A DNA stretch of 64,000 nucleotides from an uncultured bacterium (GTDB lineage: Bacteria > Patescibacteriota > Dojkabacteria > SC72): NCBI GenBank assembly GCA_903906305.1, contig CAIVJR010000005.1, positions 83,667-147,666 on the forward strand. The letters are read 5' to 3'. Under the pieces are notes generated by a model. The model was not told the DNA's origin. It saw nothing but the letters and a program-made list of their open reading frames with translations, and searched no databases. The stretch's first letter is position 1, and each line of letters opens with the position of its first letter. Shown piece after piece: positions 28,724 through 39,770 of the stretch. The translations under genes were made by a program, and so were the position numbers.

Positions 28724-29893
28724 CTATATCCCCGCCTTCTCAAATATTTCTAACCATTTATCTTTGTTTGGTACGTTATTTGGCATAGGTAATAACCCAT
28801 CCTCTACCCATTCACACTGTTTAAATGTAATCTTTCCCGCATACAATTGGTTATACAATCTAGGATTCTCTTCCAATTTCTTCTTAACTTTTCTAAATCC
28901 TCTAAAATATGCAATATCTTTACAATATATTCCTCGATCATGTGTATCCCCCAATCCTCTTTTAACACTATATGTAACATCAAATGCAGAATACTTAGGT
29001 AAAACAGCCAAAAGAACATTGTAAAGCTCTCTAAAGGAAAGATCTTCACCTAGATATACAGCCCATGTTAATGCTGCTTTGTTCTTCAACCATTTCTCTG
29101 TAAGAAGACCCATATTACTCTCATTCCATGTAGCCAAACCCTCCTCAACATCCAAATATTCAGGAAGATTAGCATTACTCAAAGCATTGAACCCACATTT
29201 CATACCATTTTCCGCTCTTAAAGCATGGGTCCCAACCTCGTGTACTAAAGTTTTTCGTAATTTGAAATTACTTCTTTCAATATTGGAATCCACCAAAATC
29301 TCTTTTCGTTTAATACCAAGCTTAATTCCATTTTTTGAAATATTTGCAGATTCATTTACAGTCCAACCATCTAACCCTAGCTCTCTGAAAGTAATGTCAA
29401 ATACTTTTTCAATATCATCATGATACAAAATCTTCCTCCTATTTATATCATCCTCCTTTACCACGTTGTAGTTATCTAACTTTCCTCTCAGTACCCTAGC
29501 CGCATTCCTAAATAGCTTGTCACTAGGTTTACCATACCTATGTACAGAAATATCAGTAACCTCTTCGTTATTACCAACCGCATACATAAGGTCGCTGGCT
29601 TCCTTTTTTGAATCAATTAACTGAAGGTAGAAATCAGAAATGCGAGGATCCACATCAACAATCTCTTTAACATTAGAAAGTTTCTTCAATATCTCTTTGT
29701 TATTATTCTTTACAATCCTGTATTCAAATACCGGATTGTATATCTCGCTATTAAAGAATTTCTTCTTCTCTGCTTCTAAGTTTGTAGGTGTAAATACTAA
29801 TGCAGTCGGTATCCTCAAATCACCAAGTAGCTTAGTAACTTCATCAAGCCTTAATGTCTTCTTTTTTCTAGCAAATATTTCCATGGGATACAT
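28724..29893 (-). CDS. DUF1704 / QEGLA-motif family protein (MATCAP-like HExxH metallopeptidase)
   Basis: 389 aa with HEVGTHALR (HExxH, 29223-29243) and a downstream EEGLA (29131-29151), the family-defining Q/EEGLA motif. Confidence 0.7.
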   Translation of the reverse strand: MYPMEIFARKKKTLRLDEVTKLLGDLRIPTALVFTPTNLEAEKKKFFNSEIYNPVFEYRIVKNNNKEILKKLSNVKEIVDVDPRISDFYLQLIDSKKEASDLMYAVGNNEEVTDISVHRYGKPSDKLFRNAARVLRGKLDNYNVVKEDDINRRKILYHDDIEKVFDITFRELGLDGWTVNESANISKNGIKLGIKRKEILVDSNIERSNFKLRKTLVHEVGTHALRAENGMKCGFNALSNANLPEYLDVEEGLATWNESNMGLLTEKWLKNKAALTWAVYLGEDLSFRELYNVLLAVLPKYSAFDVTYSVKRGLGDTHDRGIYCKDIAYFRGFRKVKKKLEENPRLYNQLYAGKITFKQCEWVEDGLLPMPNNVPNKDKWLEIFEKAGI

Positions 29894-29917
29894 TATATAT
29901 GTTAGAGAAGATTAAAA

Positions 29918-30937
29918 CTATCTCCTAAAATCTCTGTTAAATGAGAACTTCCTTGAGCCCTCTTCTATGAGGTCTAAAGCAATACCAGTACCTTTTACTA
30001 CACAAAAAAGAGGATCATCTGCGACATGAGCAGGCACACCTGTAGCACGAGAGAAAAGTTTGTCTAAATTTCTTAGCAAGGATGTACCACCACTCATGAC
30101 CATACCACGATCCATAATGTCAGCAGATAGCTCTGGAGGAGTCTTTTCTAATACTGCTTGTATACTCTTAATTATACTCCTCAATGGCCACTCTACAGCT
30201 TTAGCAATATCATTGGAATTAACAATTACTGATTTAGGCATACCAGCTCCAACATCTCTTCCCCTTACTTCCATCTCCCTTGGATCTTTTACCTCTAATG
30301 CACTCCCTATCTTTATCTTTATCTTCTCAGCTGTCTGTTCACCAATTAAAAGGCCTTTCTTTTTACGCATGTATGAGATTATGGCCTCATTAATAGCGTC
30401 ACCTGCTACTCTTAGAGATTCATATTCTACTACTCCGTCAAGGGATATAACCGCGACTTCGGTGGTACCACCACCCATATTTATAATCATATTTCCAGAT
30501 GATGTATTTATTGGCATCTCCGCACCCAATGCAGCTAACAGAGGTTCTGGGAGTAATGTAACATTCCTTGCACCAACCGCATTTGCAGCTTTAAGTACAG
30601 CTCTTTCTTCTACAGAAGTAATACCTGCAGGTACACTAATTACAACATCAGGTTTGAAAAATCTTCCTTTTCCCAATGCTTTGTCAAAGAAGTATCTAAG
30701 TAAAGCTTCAGTTACTCGAGAATCAGCTATGACACCATTACGAAGAGGTCTTTTGGCAACGATATTATCTGGAGTCTTACCAATCATTTCTTTAGCTTCC
30801 ATACCTACAGCTATGACAGTGAAGTTGTTTACATCTATGGCCACAACGGTAGGTTCAGTTAAGACAATCCCTTCCCCTTGGACAAATACAACTGAGTTAG
30901 CTGTTCCTAGGTCTATACCTAATTTCTTTACAAACAT
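29918..30937 (-). CDS. second MreB/Mbl-family actin-like protein (paralog)
   Basis: 339 aa (GIDLGTANSVVFV ... NMGGGTTEVAVIS). Clearly distinct from the mreB at 8.1-9.2 kb. Confidence 0.85.
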   Translation of the reverse strand: MFVKKLGIDLGTANSVVFVQGEGIVLTEPTVVAIDVNNFTVIAVGMEAKEMIGKTPDNIVAKRPLRNGVIADSRVTEALLRYFFDKALGKGRFFKPDVVISVPAGITSVEERAVLKAANAVGARNVTLLPEPLLAALGAEMPINTSSGNMIINMGGGTTEVAVISLDGVVEYESLRVAGDAINEAIISYMRKKKGLLIGEQTAEKIKIKIGSALEVKDPREMEVRGRDVGAGMPKSVIVNSNDIAKAVEWPLRSIIKSIQAVLEKTPPELSADIMDRGMVMSGGTSLLRNLDKLFSRATGVPAHVADDPLFCVVKGTGIALDLIEEGSRKFSFNRDFRR

Positions 30938-30975
30938 ATGAATTAGCTTCCAATACTACAAGTTATCTACTATCC

Positions 30976-31977
30976 TTAAAATTTCAACTTCATTGCCTCT
31001 TTCATCTGACCAGCAACACCAGTTGCTATACCGGCTACCTTAACACTTCCCTCTAATGCTTTCTTCATCAATTCTTCTTTCATACCTTCAGCTTCTCTTC
31101 TTCTCTCTCTAATTGGAGTTAAGAACTCATTCATAACTTCAAACAATCTTTCTTTAACTTCTACATCCTTTATAGTTCCATTCCTGTATCTCTCTTTCAT
31201 AGCCTCAACTTCTTCAATATCCTTGTCGAACAGATCTAGGTATGTAAATGCAACATTGCCTTCAATCTTACCAGGGTCTGTAGCATGAATTCTTGCAGGA
31301 TCGGTATATACCTTAAATACTTTCTTTCTTAATTCCTCTTCTGTATCAGCAAGATATATTCCATTGTTTAAACTCTTCCCCATCTTTGCATTGCCATCAA
31401 TCCCTGGTACATTAGCCTCAACACCAAACAGAGCCTGAGGTTGGTGTAATATATCTGTCTTGTATGTACTGTTAAACTTTCTTGCCAATACTCTAGTATC
31501 TTCAATCATTGGAGCCTGATCCTTACCCACTGGAACTAAGTCTGCATTAACACAAAGAATATCTGCAGCCTGATGTATTGGATATATGAAGAAGCCCAAA
31601 GGAGTAGAAACTTCCATCCCCTTTTGAGCCATTTCTGTTTTAATTGTTGGATTATGCTGAATCTGTTGTACGGTTGCAAAATTGGCAAGATATATGAATA
31701 TCTCATGGATAGCAGGAACTTCGCTCTGTATAAATATGGTAGCTTTGTTGAAATCAATCCCAGCAGCATAGTAGTCACAAAGGAGTTCTTCAATATTTTC
31801 TCTAACCTTACCCGGATTATCAAAGTTATCTGTCAATGCCTGCACATTCGCTATCTCAATATACTCCTCATATTCATCCTGTAATTTCGCCCTACTTTGT
31901 AAAGACCCAAAATAGTGGCCTATGTGCAACTGACCTGTAGGTCTGTCCCCCGTTAGAATTCTTTTCTTTACTTCCAT
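30976..31977 (-). CDS. trpS: tryptophanyl-tRNA synthetase
   Basis: 333 aa, HIGH motif (TGQLHIGHYFG) and KMGKS (AKMGKSLNNGIYL). Confidence 0.9.
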   Translation of the reverse strand: MEVKKRILTGDRPTGQLHIGHYFGSLQSRAKLQDEYEEYIEIANVQALTDNFDNPGKVRENIEELLCDYYAAGIDFNKATIFIQSEVPAIHEIFIYLANFATVQQIQHNPTIKTEMAQKGMEVSTPLGFFIYPIHQAADILCVNADLVPVGKDQAPMIEDTRVLARKFNSTYKTDILHQPQALFGVEANVPGIDGNAKMGKSLNNGIYLADTEEELRKKVFKVYTDPARIHATDPGKIEGNVAFTYLDLFDKDIEEVEAMKERYRNGTIKDVEVKERLFEVMNEFLTPIRERRREAEGMKEELMKKALEGSVKVAGIATGVAGQMKEAMKLKF

Positions 31978-32024
31978 AGTTTACATTCTAACAAACTTCG
32001 TACCCATTATGCTATACTCTTGGC

Positions 32025-33563
32025 ATGAAAACGTCTCCCAAGACCAAAGTTAAATCACATATTGGCTCAGTCCTCTACCCAATATTGTACACCTTAATAC
32101 TCTTTTTAGTTGCCTCAAGCATATATTTCTATGCTAATGGGTATAGATTGGATATTTTTAAGCAAGAAATAACTCAGAATGGTGTAATAACCGTTGAAAG
32201 TTCCCCATTTGGAGCAGATGTATATGTAAATGAAAAGTTAGTTGGAAAAACACCCAAAAGCACAAGCGTAAAGATTGGTACATACCATATTACTGTAAAA
32301 AAAGATGGATATTTTAACTGGGAAAAAGATATTGATATATTAGAAGGCAAATCTACTCCCATATTTCCTTGGTTAATTAAACAAAATCCTAAATATACTA
32401 CCCTATGGACATCCACAGGTTCAATTGAAAAATATTGGATTAATGAAGGAAACAACCACGTAGTATTCCTAACTAAAGAGATAGACGGATATATACTTTG
32501 GGAATATACATTAAACCCTGCGCTATGGGATTTCACTACAAATCCATCAGAAATATTGAAATTGGATAACAATGATGTTGATATAACTATGTCCCCTAGT
32601 GGTTTGCAAGTCATATTAAAAACATCAACAGATTCTACAAGCCAATACTATATCCTTAATACGCAAGTACTTTCCCAACTCTCAAACCTCAGGGCTCTAA
32701 ATATCGACGCATCAAAAGCATACGAAATCACGTGGTCAAATGACAACAGCTATTTGATCATCGAGTCGACTGACGGGATCTATTCATATGATATAAGAAT
32801 TAACCAATTGACCACATTAGTGGAAAAGTTGGAATCAAAAGAATATATATGGACCACCGATGAACAAGGATTCTTCTACATTGTAGAGCCTTCAAAAACC
32901 CAACTCACAGACCTCCACTCATACAATTTAAAACAAACAAACCTCAATGGATCCAATCCCAAATATATCATTGAAAACTTCTACTTCTACAAAACAGATA
33001 AATACCTCGAACAATACAGGACCAGTGGGTTTACATATACAGAATTTGCATCGTCCCCCGAAGGAACATTCTCTGCAGGAGAAATCACTAATGTTAATGT
33101 AAATCAACAAGCTCAAGGAGTATATATCAAAACTACTTTGGCTACATATTGGTTCAATATTCAAACCCAGAAATTCATGATGATTTCTGCCTACCCGGCA
33201 CAGTTCATAGCCTTTAACCATGACCATGAGCGCTTAATATTCACAGATGATAATCAGCTTGGAATATTTACCTTTGCTAAAACAGAAGGAGACCACACTG
33301 TAGACATAGGCTCTCAGAAAGTTAAGAATATCGCGGATATATCTCAATCCTCTAGTTACAAATGGCTTACAGACTCCCTAAACATCACCTATTTGCATGA
33401 AGGAATAATATATATTTCGGATGTAGATGGAGATAACAAAACCTATATTACAAAGCCTTCTAATTTGCTAGATTTCTTAATTAGAAATTCAAACAACACC
33501 CTACTCACATTCACCAAGGATGAGGAGAACAAACTTTCAATCACAGAGTTAGAAATTCACTAG
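32025..33563 (+). CDS. PEGA-domain membrane-anchored protein with large beta-rich extracytoplasmic region
   Basis: N-terminal TM, PEGA-like segment (GADVYVNEKLVGKTPKSTSVKIGTYHITVKKDGY), then ~400 aa of Trp/Tyr-rich repeats. Confidence 0.6.
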   Translation: MKTSPKTKVKSHIGSVLYPILYTLILFLVASSIYFYANGYRLDIFKQEITQNGVITVESSPFGADVYVNEKLVGKTPKSTSVKIGTYHITVKKDGYFNWEKDIDILEGKSTPIFPWLIKQNPKYTTLWTSTGSIEKYWINEGNNHVVFLTKEIDGYILWEYTLNPALWDFTTNPSEILKLDNNDVDITMSPSGLQVILKTSTDSTSQYYILNTQVLSQLSNLRALNIDASKAYEITWSNDNSYLIIESTDGIYSYDIRINQLTTLVEKLESKEYIWTTDEQGFFYIVEPSKTQLTDLHSYNLKQTNLNGSNPKYIIENFYFYKTDKYLEQYRTSGFTYTEFASSPEGTFSAGEITNVNVNQQAQGVYIKTTLATYWFNIQTQKFMMISAYPAQFIAFNHDHERLIFTDDNQLGIFTFAKTEGDHTVDIGSQKVKNIADISQSSSYKWLTDSLNITYLHEGIIYISDVDGDNKTYITKPSNLLDFLIRNSNNTLLTFTKDEENKLSITELEIH

Positions 33564-33565
33564 AA

Positions 33566-33640
33566 CGCACCTGGCCGGAGTCGGACCGACAACCTACACG
33601 TTAGGAGTGTGTTGCTCTATCCAGATTGAGCTACAGGTGC
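33566..33640 (-). tRNA. tRNA-Arg (anticodon CCT), no encoded CCA
   Basis: Reverse complement folds as acceptor gcacctg/caggtgc, anticodon loop ctCCTaa. Starts 3 nt after the PEGA gene stop. Confidence 0.7.
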
Positions 33641-33733
33641 TTATTTACAAACTAAGCTTAACACAAATATATCACATTTCCAATGGAATTTCATTTTTCT
33701 ATAGGATTATATATATAGCTTTTCCATGGTATA

Positions 33734-36595
33734 ATGTACGTTGCAATGAAACAAGAATATATAAAAATAAGGGGTGCAAGAGAGAATAACCTTCAGAATA
33801 TATCGCTTGATATCCCTAAGAACAAATTAGTAGTCATAACTGGAGTCTCCGGTAGTGGTAAATCCTCCTTAGCCTTTGATACATTGTACGCAGAAGGTCA
33901 AAGAAGATATGTAGAATCTCTCTCGTCCTATGCAAGGCAGTTTCTAGGCGTTATGAAGAAGCCTGATGTAGATTCCATAGAAGGACTCTCCCCTGCCATC
34001 TCAATCGATCAGAAGACCGCAGGATCCAATCCTAGATCTACCGTAGGAACTATCACAGAGATATATAGTTACCTTCGATTACTGTATGGAAATATTGGCA
34101 TCGCCCATTGTCCAAACTGTCATACACCAGTTGAAGCTCAGACTATACAAGAAATAACACAAAAAGTACTCGATCATATCAAAGGTTCTACCAAGAAGTT
34201 CCAAGTGGTTTCACCATTGATAAAGAACCGTAAGGGAGAGTTTTCTTCACTCTTTGAGAAGTTGCTAGCACGAGGGTTTCTCAGAATAATCGTTGATGGT
34301 AATACATATATGCTTGATGATATCGAAAATATCAAGCTTGATGAGAACAAAAAACACGATTTAGACCTCGTAATAGACCGATTAGATGGCAAAAGTGTAG
34401 AACAAAAACGTTTAACAGACGCCATAGAGCTTGCGGTAGCGCAATCTAAGGGTGAAGTTAAAGTATTAGTAGAAGGTGAAGAGCCCCTATTCTTCTCAGA
34501 AAACAACACTTGTCCAACTTGTGGTATATCATACCCTAAAATAGCTCCAGCCAGCTTCTCATTTAACGCTCCAGAAGGCGCATGCCCAAAGTGTGCAGGA
34601 TTAGGAATACTAAAAGAATTAGATATAAATCTACTCTACAACCCGAATTTGACCATATCAGAGGGTGGAATCTTCCCATGGAGTAATAGAACAAGCAAAG
34701 ACTCATGGACATTAAAGATCCTACAAAGTGTAGCAGTAGAACATCATTTTGATCTAAAGACACCAATTAAGAAATATCCTCAAGAGATATTTGACCTCAT
34801 CTTCTACGGAAAAGGCGCAAAAGAAACATATACCATACAGTACACCAATAGATTTGGTAGAACCAAAATCTATGATGCTGAATATGAAGGCGTAATCAAT
34901 GAATTAAACCGAAGATACAAAGAAACCTCTTCGGACTATTCAAGGCTCGAGACCGAGAAGTACATGGTAGAAAGAGTTTGTGATGCATGTAATGGTAAAA
35001 GACTAAAGCCATATACATTAGCAGTAACTATCAATGAAAAGAATATAGATGAGATAACCAATACACCAATTAACGAGTTGATCGAGTTCTTTGGTTCAAT
35101 TGAGCTAAAAGGCAACAAAGCAGAGATAGCAAAGCCAATTATTAAGGAAGTCCTCTCCAGATTAAACTTCCTAACTAATGTTGGTTTGGACTATTTAACC
35201 CTTTCTAGAAAAGCTACCACTCTTTCAGGTGGTGAATCACAAAGAATACGATTAGCATCACAAATTGGTACTGGACTCACAGGAGTCCTTTACGTACTTG
35301 ACGAACCTTCAATTGGATTACATCAAAGAGATGTATCAAAGTTGATAAAATCACTCGAGAACCTGCGCGATACCGGCAATTCTGTCATAGTGGTTGAACA
35401 CGACGAAGAAACTATAAGATGTGCAGATTGGGTAGTCGATATAGGCCCTAATGCAGGTAAGCATGGAGGTAAGGTAGTAGCAGAAGGTACTATAGATGAT
35501 ATCAAGCATAGTGGTTCTCTCACTGCTAAGTATATCAAGAAAGAGCTCTCCGTCGGGAAGAGTCTCAAGAAAAGTACAAGATCAGACACAAAGAACATGT
35601 TAAAACTCACAGGACTCACCACTCACAATCTTAAGGATGTAAATCTAGAAATCCCGTTAAACCAATTCATCTGTATAACTGGTGTTTCTGGCAGTGGGAA
35701 GTCTTCATTGATAAACGACACACTCTATCCAGTACTGATGAATAAAGTTATGCATTCAAAACAACAGGAAGGATCATACAAATCAATCGAGGGAGTGGAG
35801 AAAATTAATCAGATTATTGATATCGACCAATCGCCTATAGGCCGAACCCCGAGGTCAAATCCAGCTACTTACACAGGAGTATTTACTGCAATTAGAGATA
35901 TATTTGCTAATACCAAGGAGGCTAAAGCCAGAGGATATGGAACCAATAGATTTAGCTTCAATGTTAAGGGTGGAAGATGTGAGAAATGCCAAGGAGATGG
36001 TCAGATCAAAGTTGAAATGCAATTCTTACCTGATATGTATGTAACTTGCGATGCATGTAATGGGAAAAGATATAACGATGAGGCATTGCAGGTTGATTAT
36101 AAGGGAAAGAATATATCCGATGTCTTAAATATGACAGTTGAAGACGCATTGGAGTTCTTCAAGAACATTCCTTCTATATATAGAAAGCTTGCAGTATTGA
36201 ATGAAGTAGGCCTTGGATACATACAATTAGGTCAATCTGCACTCACTCTATCTGGTGGAGAATCTCAAAGAATCAAGTTAGCAAAAGAATTATCCAAAAT
36301 GTCTCGTGGCCATACCATGTACATATTGGATGAACCTACAACTGGGTTGCATTATCATGATATTGATAAGCTACTTACCCTACTTAAGGGATTAGTTGAT
36401 AAAGGCCATACTGTAATGTGCGTGGAACATAACTTAGATATCATAAAGTTCGCAGATTGGATCGTGGATCTTGGTCCTGAGGGTGGAGACAAGGGTGGTT
36501 ACATTGTAGCCGAAGGTACTGTCGAGGATGTGATGAAAAATCCTAAGAGTTGGACAGGAAAGTATCTTAAGAAATATCTAGAAAATTTAGAATAG
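33734..36595 (+). CDS. uvrA: excinuclease ABC subunit A (probable start at MKQEY, 33746)
   Basis: 953 aa, two ABC ATPase modules (GVSGSGKSSL twice; LSGGESQRI twice) and zinc fingers (CPTCGISY, CEKCQGDG). Confidence 0.9.
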   Translation: MYVAMKQEYIKIRGARENNLQNISLDIPKNKLVVITGVSGSGKSSLAFDTLYAEGQRRYVESLSSYARQFLGVMKKPDVDSIEGLSPAISIDQKTAGSNPRSTVGTITEIYSYLRLLYGNIGIAHCPNCHTPVEAQTIQEITQKVLDHIKGSTKKFQVVSPLIKNRKGEFSSLFEKLLARGFLRIIVDGNTYMLDDIENIKLDENKKHDLDLVIDRLDGKSVEQKRLTDAIELAVAQSKGEVKVLVEGEEPLFFSENNTCPTCGISYPKIAPASFSFNAPEGACPKCAGLGILKELDINLLYNPNLTISEGGIFPWSNRTSKDSWTLKILQSVAVEHHFDLKTPIKKYPQEIFDLIFYGKGAKETYTIQYTNRFGRTKIYDAEYEGVINELNRRYKETSSDYSRLETEKYMVERVCDACNGKRLKPYTLAVTINEKNIDEITNTPINELIEFFGSIELKGNKAEIAKPIIKEVLSRLNFLTNVGLDYLTLSRKATTLSGGESQRIRLASQIGTGLTGVLYVLDEPSIGLHQRDVSKLIKSLENLRDTGNSVIVVEHDEETIRCADWVVDIGPNAGKHGGKVVAEGTIDDIKHSGSLTAKYIKKELSVGKSLKKSTRSDTKNMLKLTGLTTHNLKDVNLEIPLNQFICITGVSGSGKSSLINDTLYPVLMNKVMHSKQQEGSYKSIEGVEKINQIIDIDQSPIGRTPRSNPATYTGVFTAIRDIFANTKEAKARGYGTNRFSFNVKGGRCEKCQGDGQIKVEMQFLPDMYVTCDACNGKRYNDEALQVDYKGKNISDVLNMTVEDALEFFKNIPSIYRKLAVLNEVGLGYIQLGQSALTLSGGESQRIKLAKELSKMSRGHTMYILDEPTTGLHYHDIDKLLTLLKGLVDKGHTVMCVEHNLDIIKFADWIVDLGPEGGDKGGYIVAEGTVEDVMKNPKSWTGKYLKKYLENLE

Positions 36596-36806
36596 TGAAA
36601 CCTTAGGGCCCGTTTTGGGTCAGAAATACTACGGGTCTGAAAAAGTAGACAGGGGTAAATAATAGGTACATCAGAAGTAAACCCATATCCCAAAACAGAA
36701 ATCTTACTAGAATCTCGCGTTATGGAAATTCGATAGCACCTCATCAGCATGGTCAATTTGAACAGTTTGAGGGTTTGAGAAAATAGTGAATTTCGCTTAG
36801 TTTCAC

Positions 36807-38291
<1,485 letters not shown>

Positions 38292-38307
38292 CTATTTATT
38301 CATTAAT

Positions 38308-39684
38308 TTAAACAATCTTAGGCCCAAATCCCCAATGATGGGCTGCTTTGGCCAATGCGGTATCTGGATGTTCAATAATCCACTGCTCCATATTTCCTCT
38401 GCCTAACGCTACATCCTTTGCCTGTATTACGGCTTCTACACCTGCTTCAATGCCCCATGGATGTCCTAAGACTCCACCACCTACTTGGATTACAATATCT
38501 TCACCTAATTGATACAGCGCTTCAGGAATAGTACCTGGATGTAATCCACCTGAAGCTACATGCCATACGGGTTTCATTCCATACCAGTTCTGTCCTAATG
38601 TCATACTCGTCTCTGGAGTAATATCCAACTGCAAAGTATCTCTAATGAGTTTTGGCTCACCATAATTTTCCATTTTCCCTACAGGAGCTCCACCATGAAG
38701 CGAGTCTACACCTAACATTCTCATGATTTTAGCAGTTACTACCATGGACATAGAAAAGTCTTTGATTTCGCCTCTGTCATACACCCCAGGACCAGACTCT
38801 CTGTCAAAAAGGCTGTGCATCGCCCTATGTGCATGTATTGCCAACCCTGGATTGTGCATCCTCATTGTCTGGATTGCACTAAATCCAGTAGTAACAATAT
38901 CCATCATCATCCATCTCCCTCCCTGTGCCTTTATCTTATCTGCCCTCTGTATCATCACATCTAGATTGGAATGCGTCACATTACATAGGTAGAATTTCTT
39001 TTTCCCCGTCTTCCTTTCTACCTCTCTTTGCACCTTATGTATCAGCTCACATCGATCATCAAAGGTATTGAATGGTAGACTAGTTAGATTTTCATCGTCC
39101 TTAATACCATGATATTCTGCATTTGCAGCAGTAAAAAGTATCTCTGCTAATTTTGCCTGTTCTTTGGCTGTACGTCCTACTTTTGGTTTTGGAACAGTAC
39201 AGAGCAATGGTCCTTCTTCGACTTGTAATAGCTCTCGCATACCCCAAATACCAAACTGTGGACCTTGGAATGCTTGAATAATGCACTTTGGGAAACGAAT
39301 ATCTAAACATCGAAATGCCTTGAGCATCTTCATTCCATCGATATTTCCTACTACTCCTGCCAATATTCCAGACATATTGTCATATTCAAATAGCTCTTTT
39401 TTGTAAGCAATCTTAAACGTCTTGGTATTGTGATCTAAATCAAATGCTATGGCCTTAAGCTTCTCTGCCATCCTTACGCCTGAATCTCGACCAGAATATA
39501 TCTCTGTCCATGTACCAGTAGAGCTTTCTGCAGCACATGCTGCTACTACATCTTCAAATTTCTCCATACCAATACCATCTGCAAGCTCAATATCGAGATA
39601 TGTAATGATGTAATTCTCATCAGGATTCTTAGGTTTCCACCCCTTTGGGGCGATGTAACCGTTGTGTGTAGCTCCAATAACCAT
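38308..39684 (-). CDS. rbcL: ribulose-1,5-bisphosphate carboxylase large subunit, form II/III
   Basis: 458 aa with AAESSTGTWTE, GIKDDENLTSLPF (KDDE loop), IHAHRAMH and GGGVLGHPWG active-site motifs. Confidence 0.85.
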   Translation of the reverse strand: MVIGATHNGYIAPKGWKPKNPDENYIITYLDIELADGIGMEKFEDVVAACAAESSTGTWTEIYSGRDSGVRMAEKLKAIAFDLDHNTKTFKIAYKKELFEYDNMSGILAGVVGNIDGMKMLKAFRCLDIRFPKCIIQAFQGPQFGIWGMRELLQVEEGPLLCTVPKPKVGRTAKEQAKLAEILFTAANAEYHGIKDDENLTSLPFNTFDDRCELIHKVQREVERKTGKKKFYLCNVTHSNLDVMIQRADKIKAQGGRWMMMDIVTTGFSAIQTMRMHNPGLAIHAHRAMHSLFDRESGPGVYDRGEIKDFSMSMVVTAKIMRMLGVDSLHGGAPVGKMENYGEPKLIRDTLQLDITPETSMTLGQNWYGMKPVWHVASGGLHPGTIPEALYQLGEDIVIQVGGGVLGHPWGIEAGVEAVIQAKDVALGRGNMEQWIIEHPDTALAKAAHHWGFGPKIV

Positions 39685-39770
39685 AGGGGCAATATGTTTA
39701 ATTAGATATATACATATTAGAGGAGAACGATTAGTTTGTAAATCACACGAAAGAACAATATAATGGGCAT

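Noticed and set aside
33734-33745. Upstream extension MYVA of uvrA
   Set aside because: UvrA homologues begin near MKQEYIKIRGAREN; the first four codons of the track ORF are probably not translated. Kept as a note rather than a separate feature.
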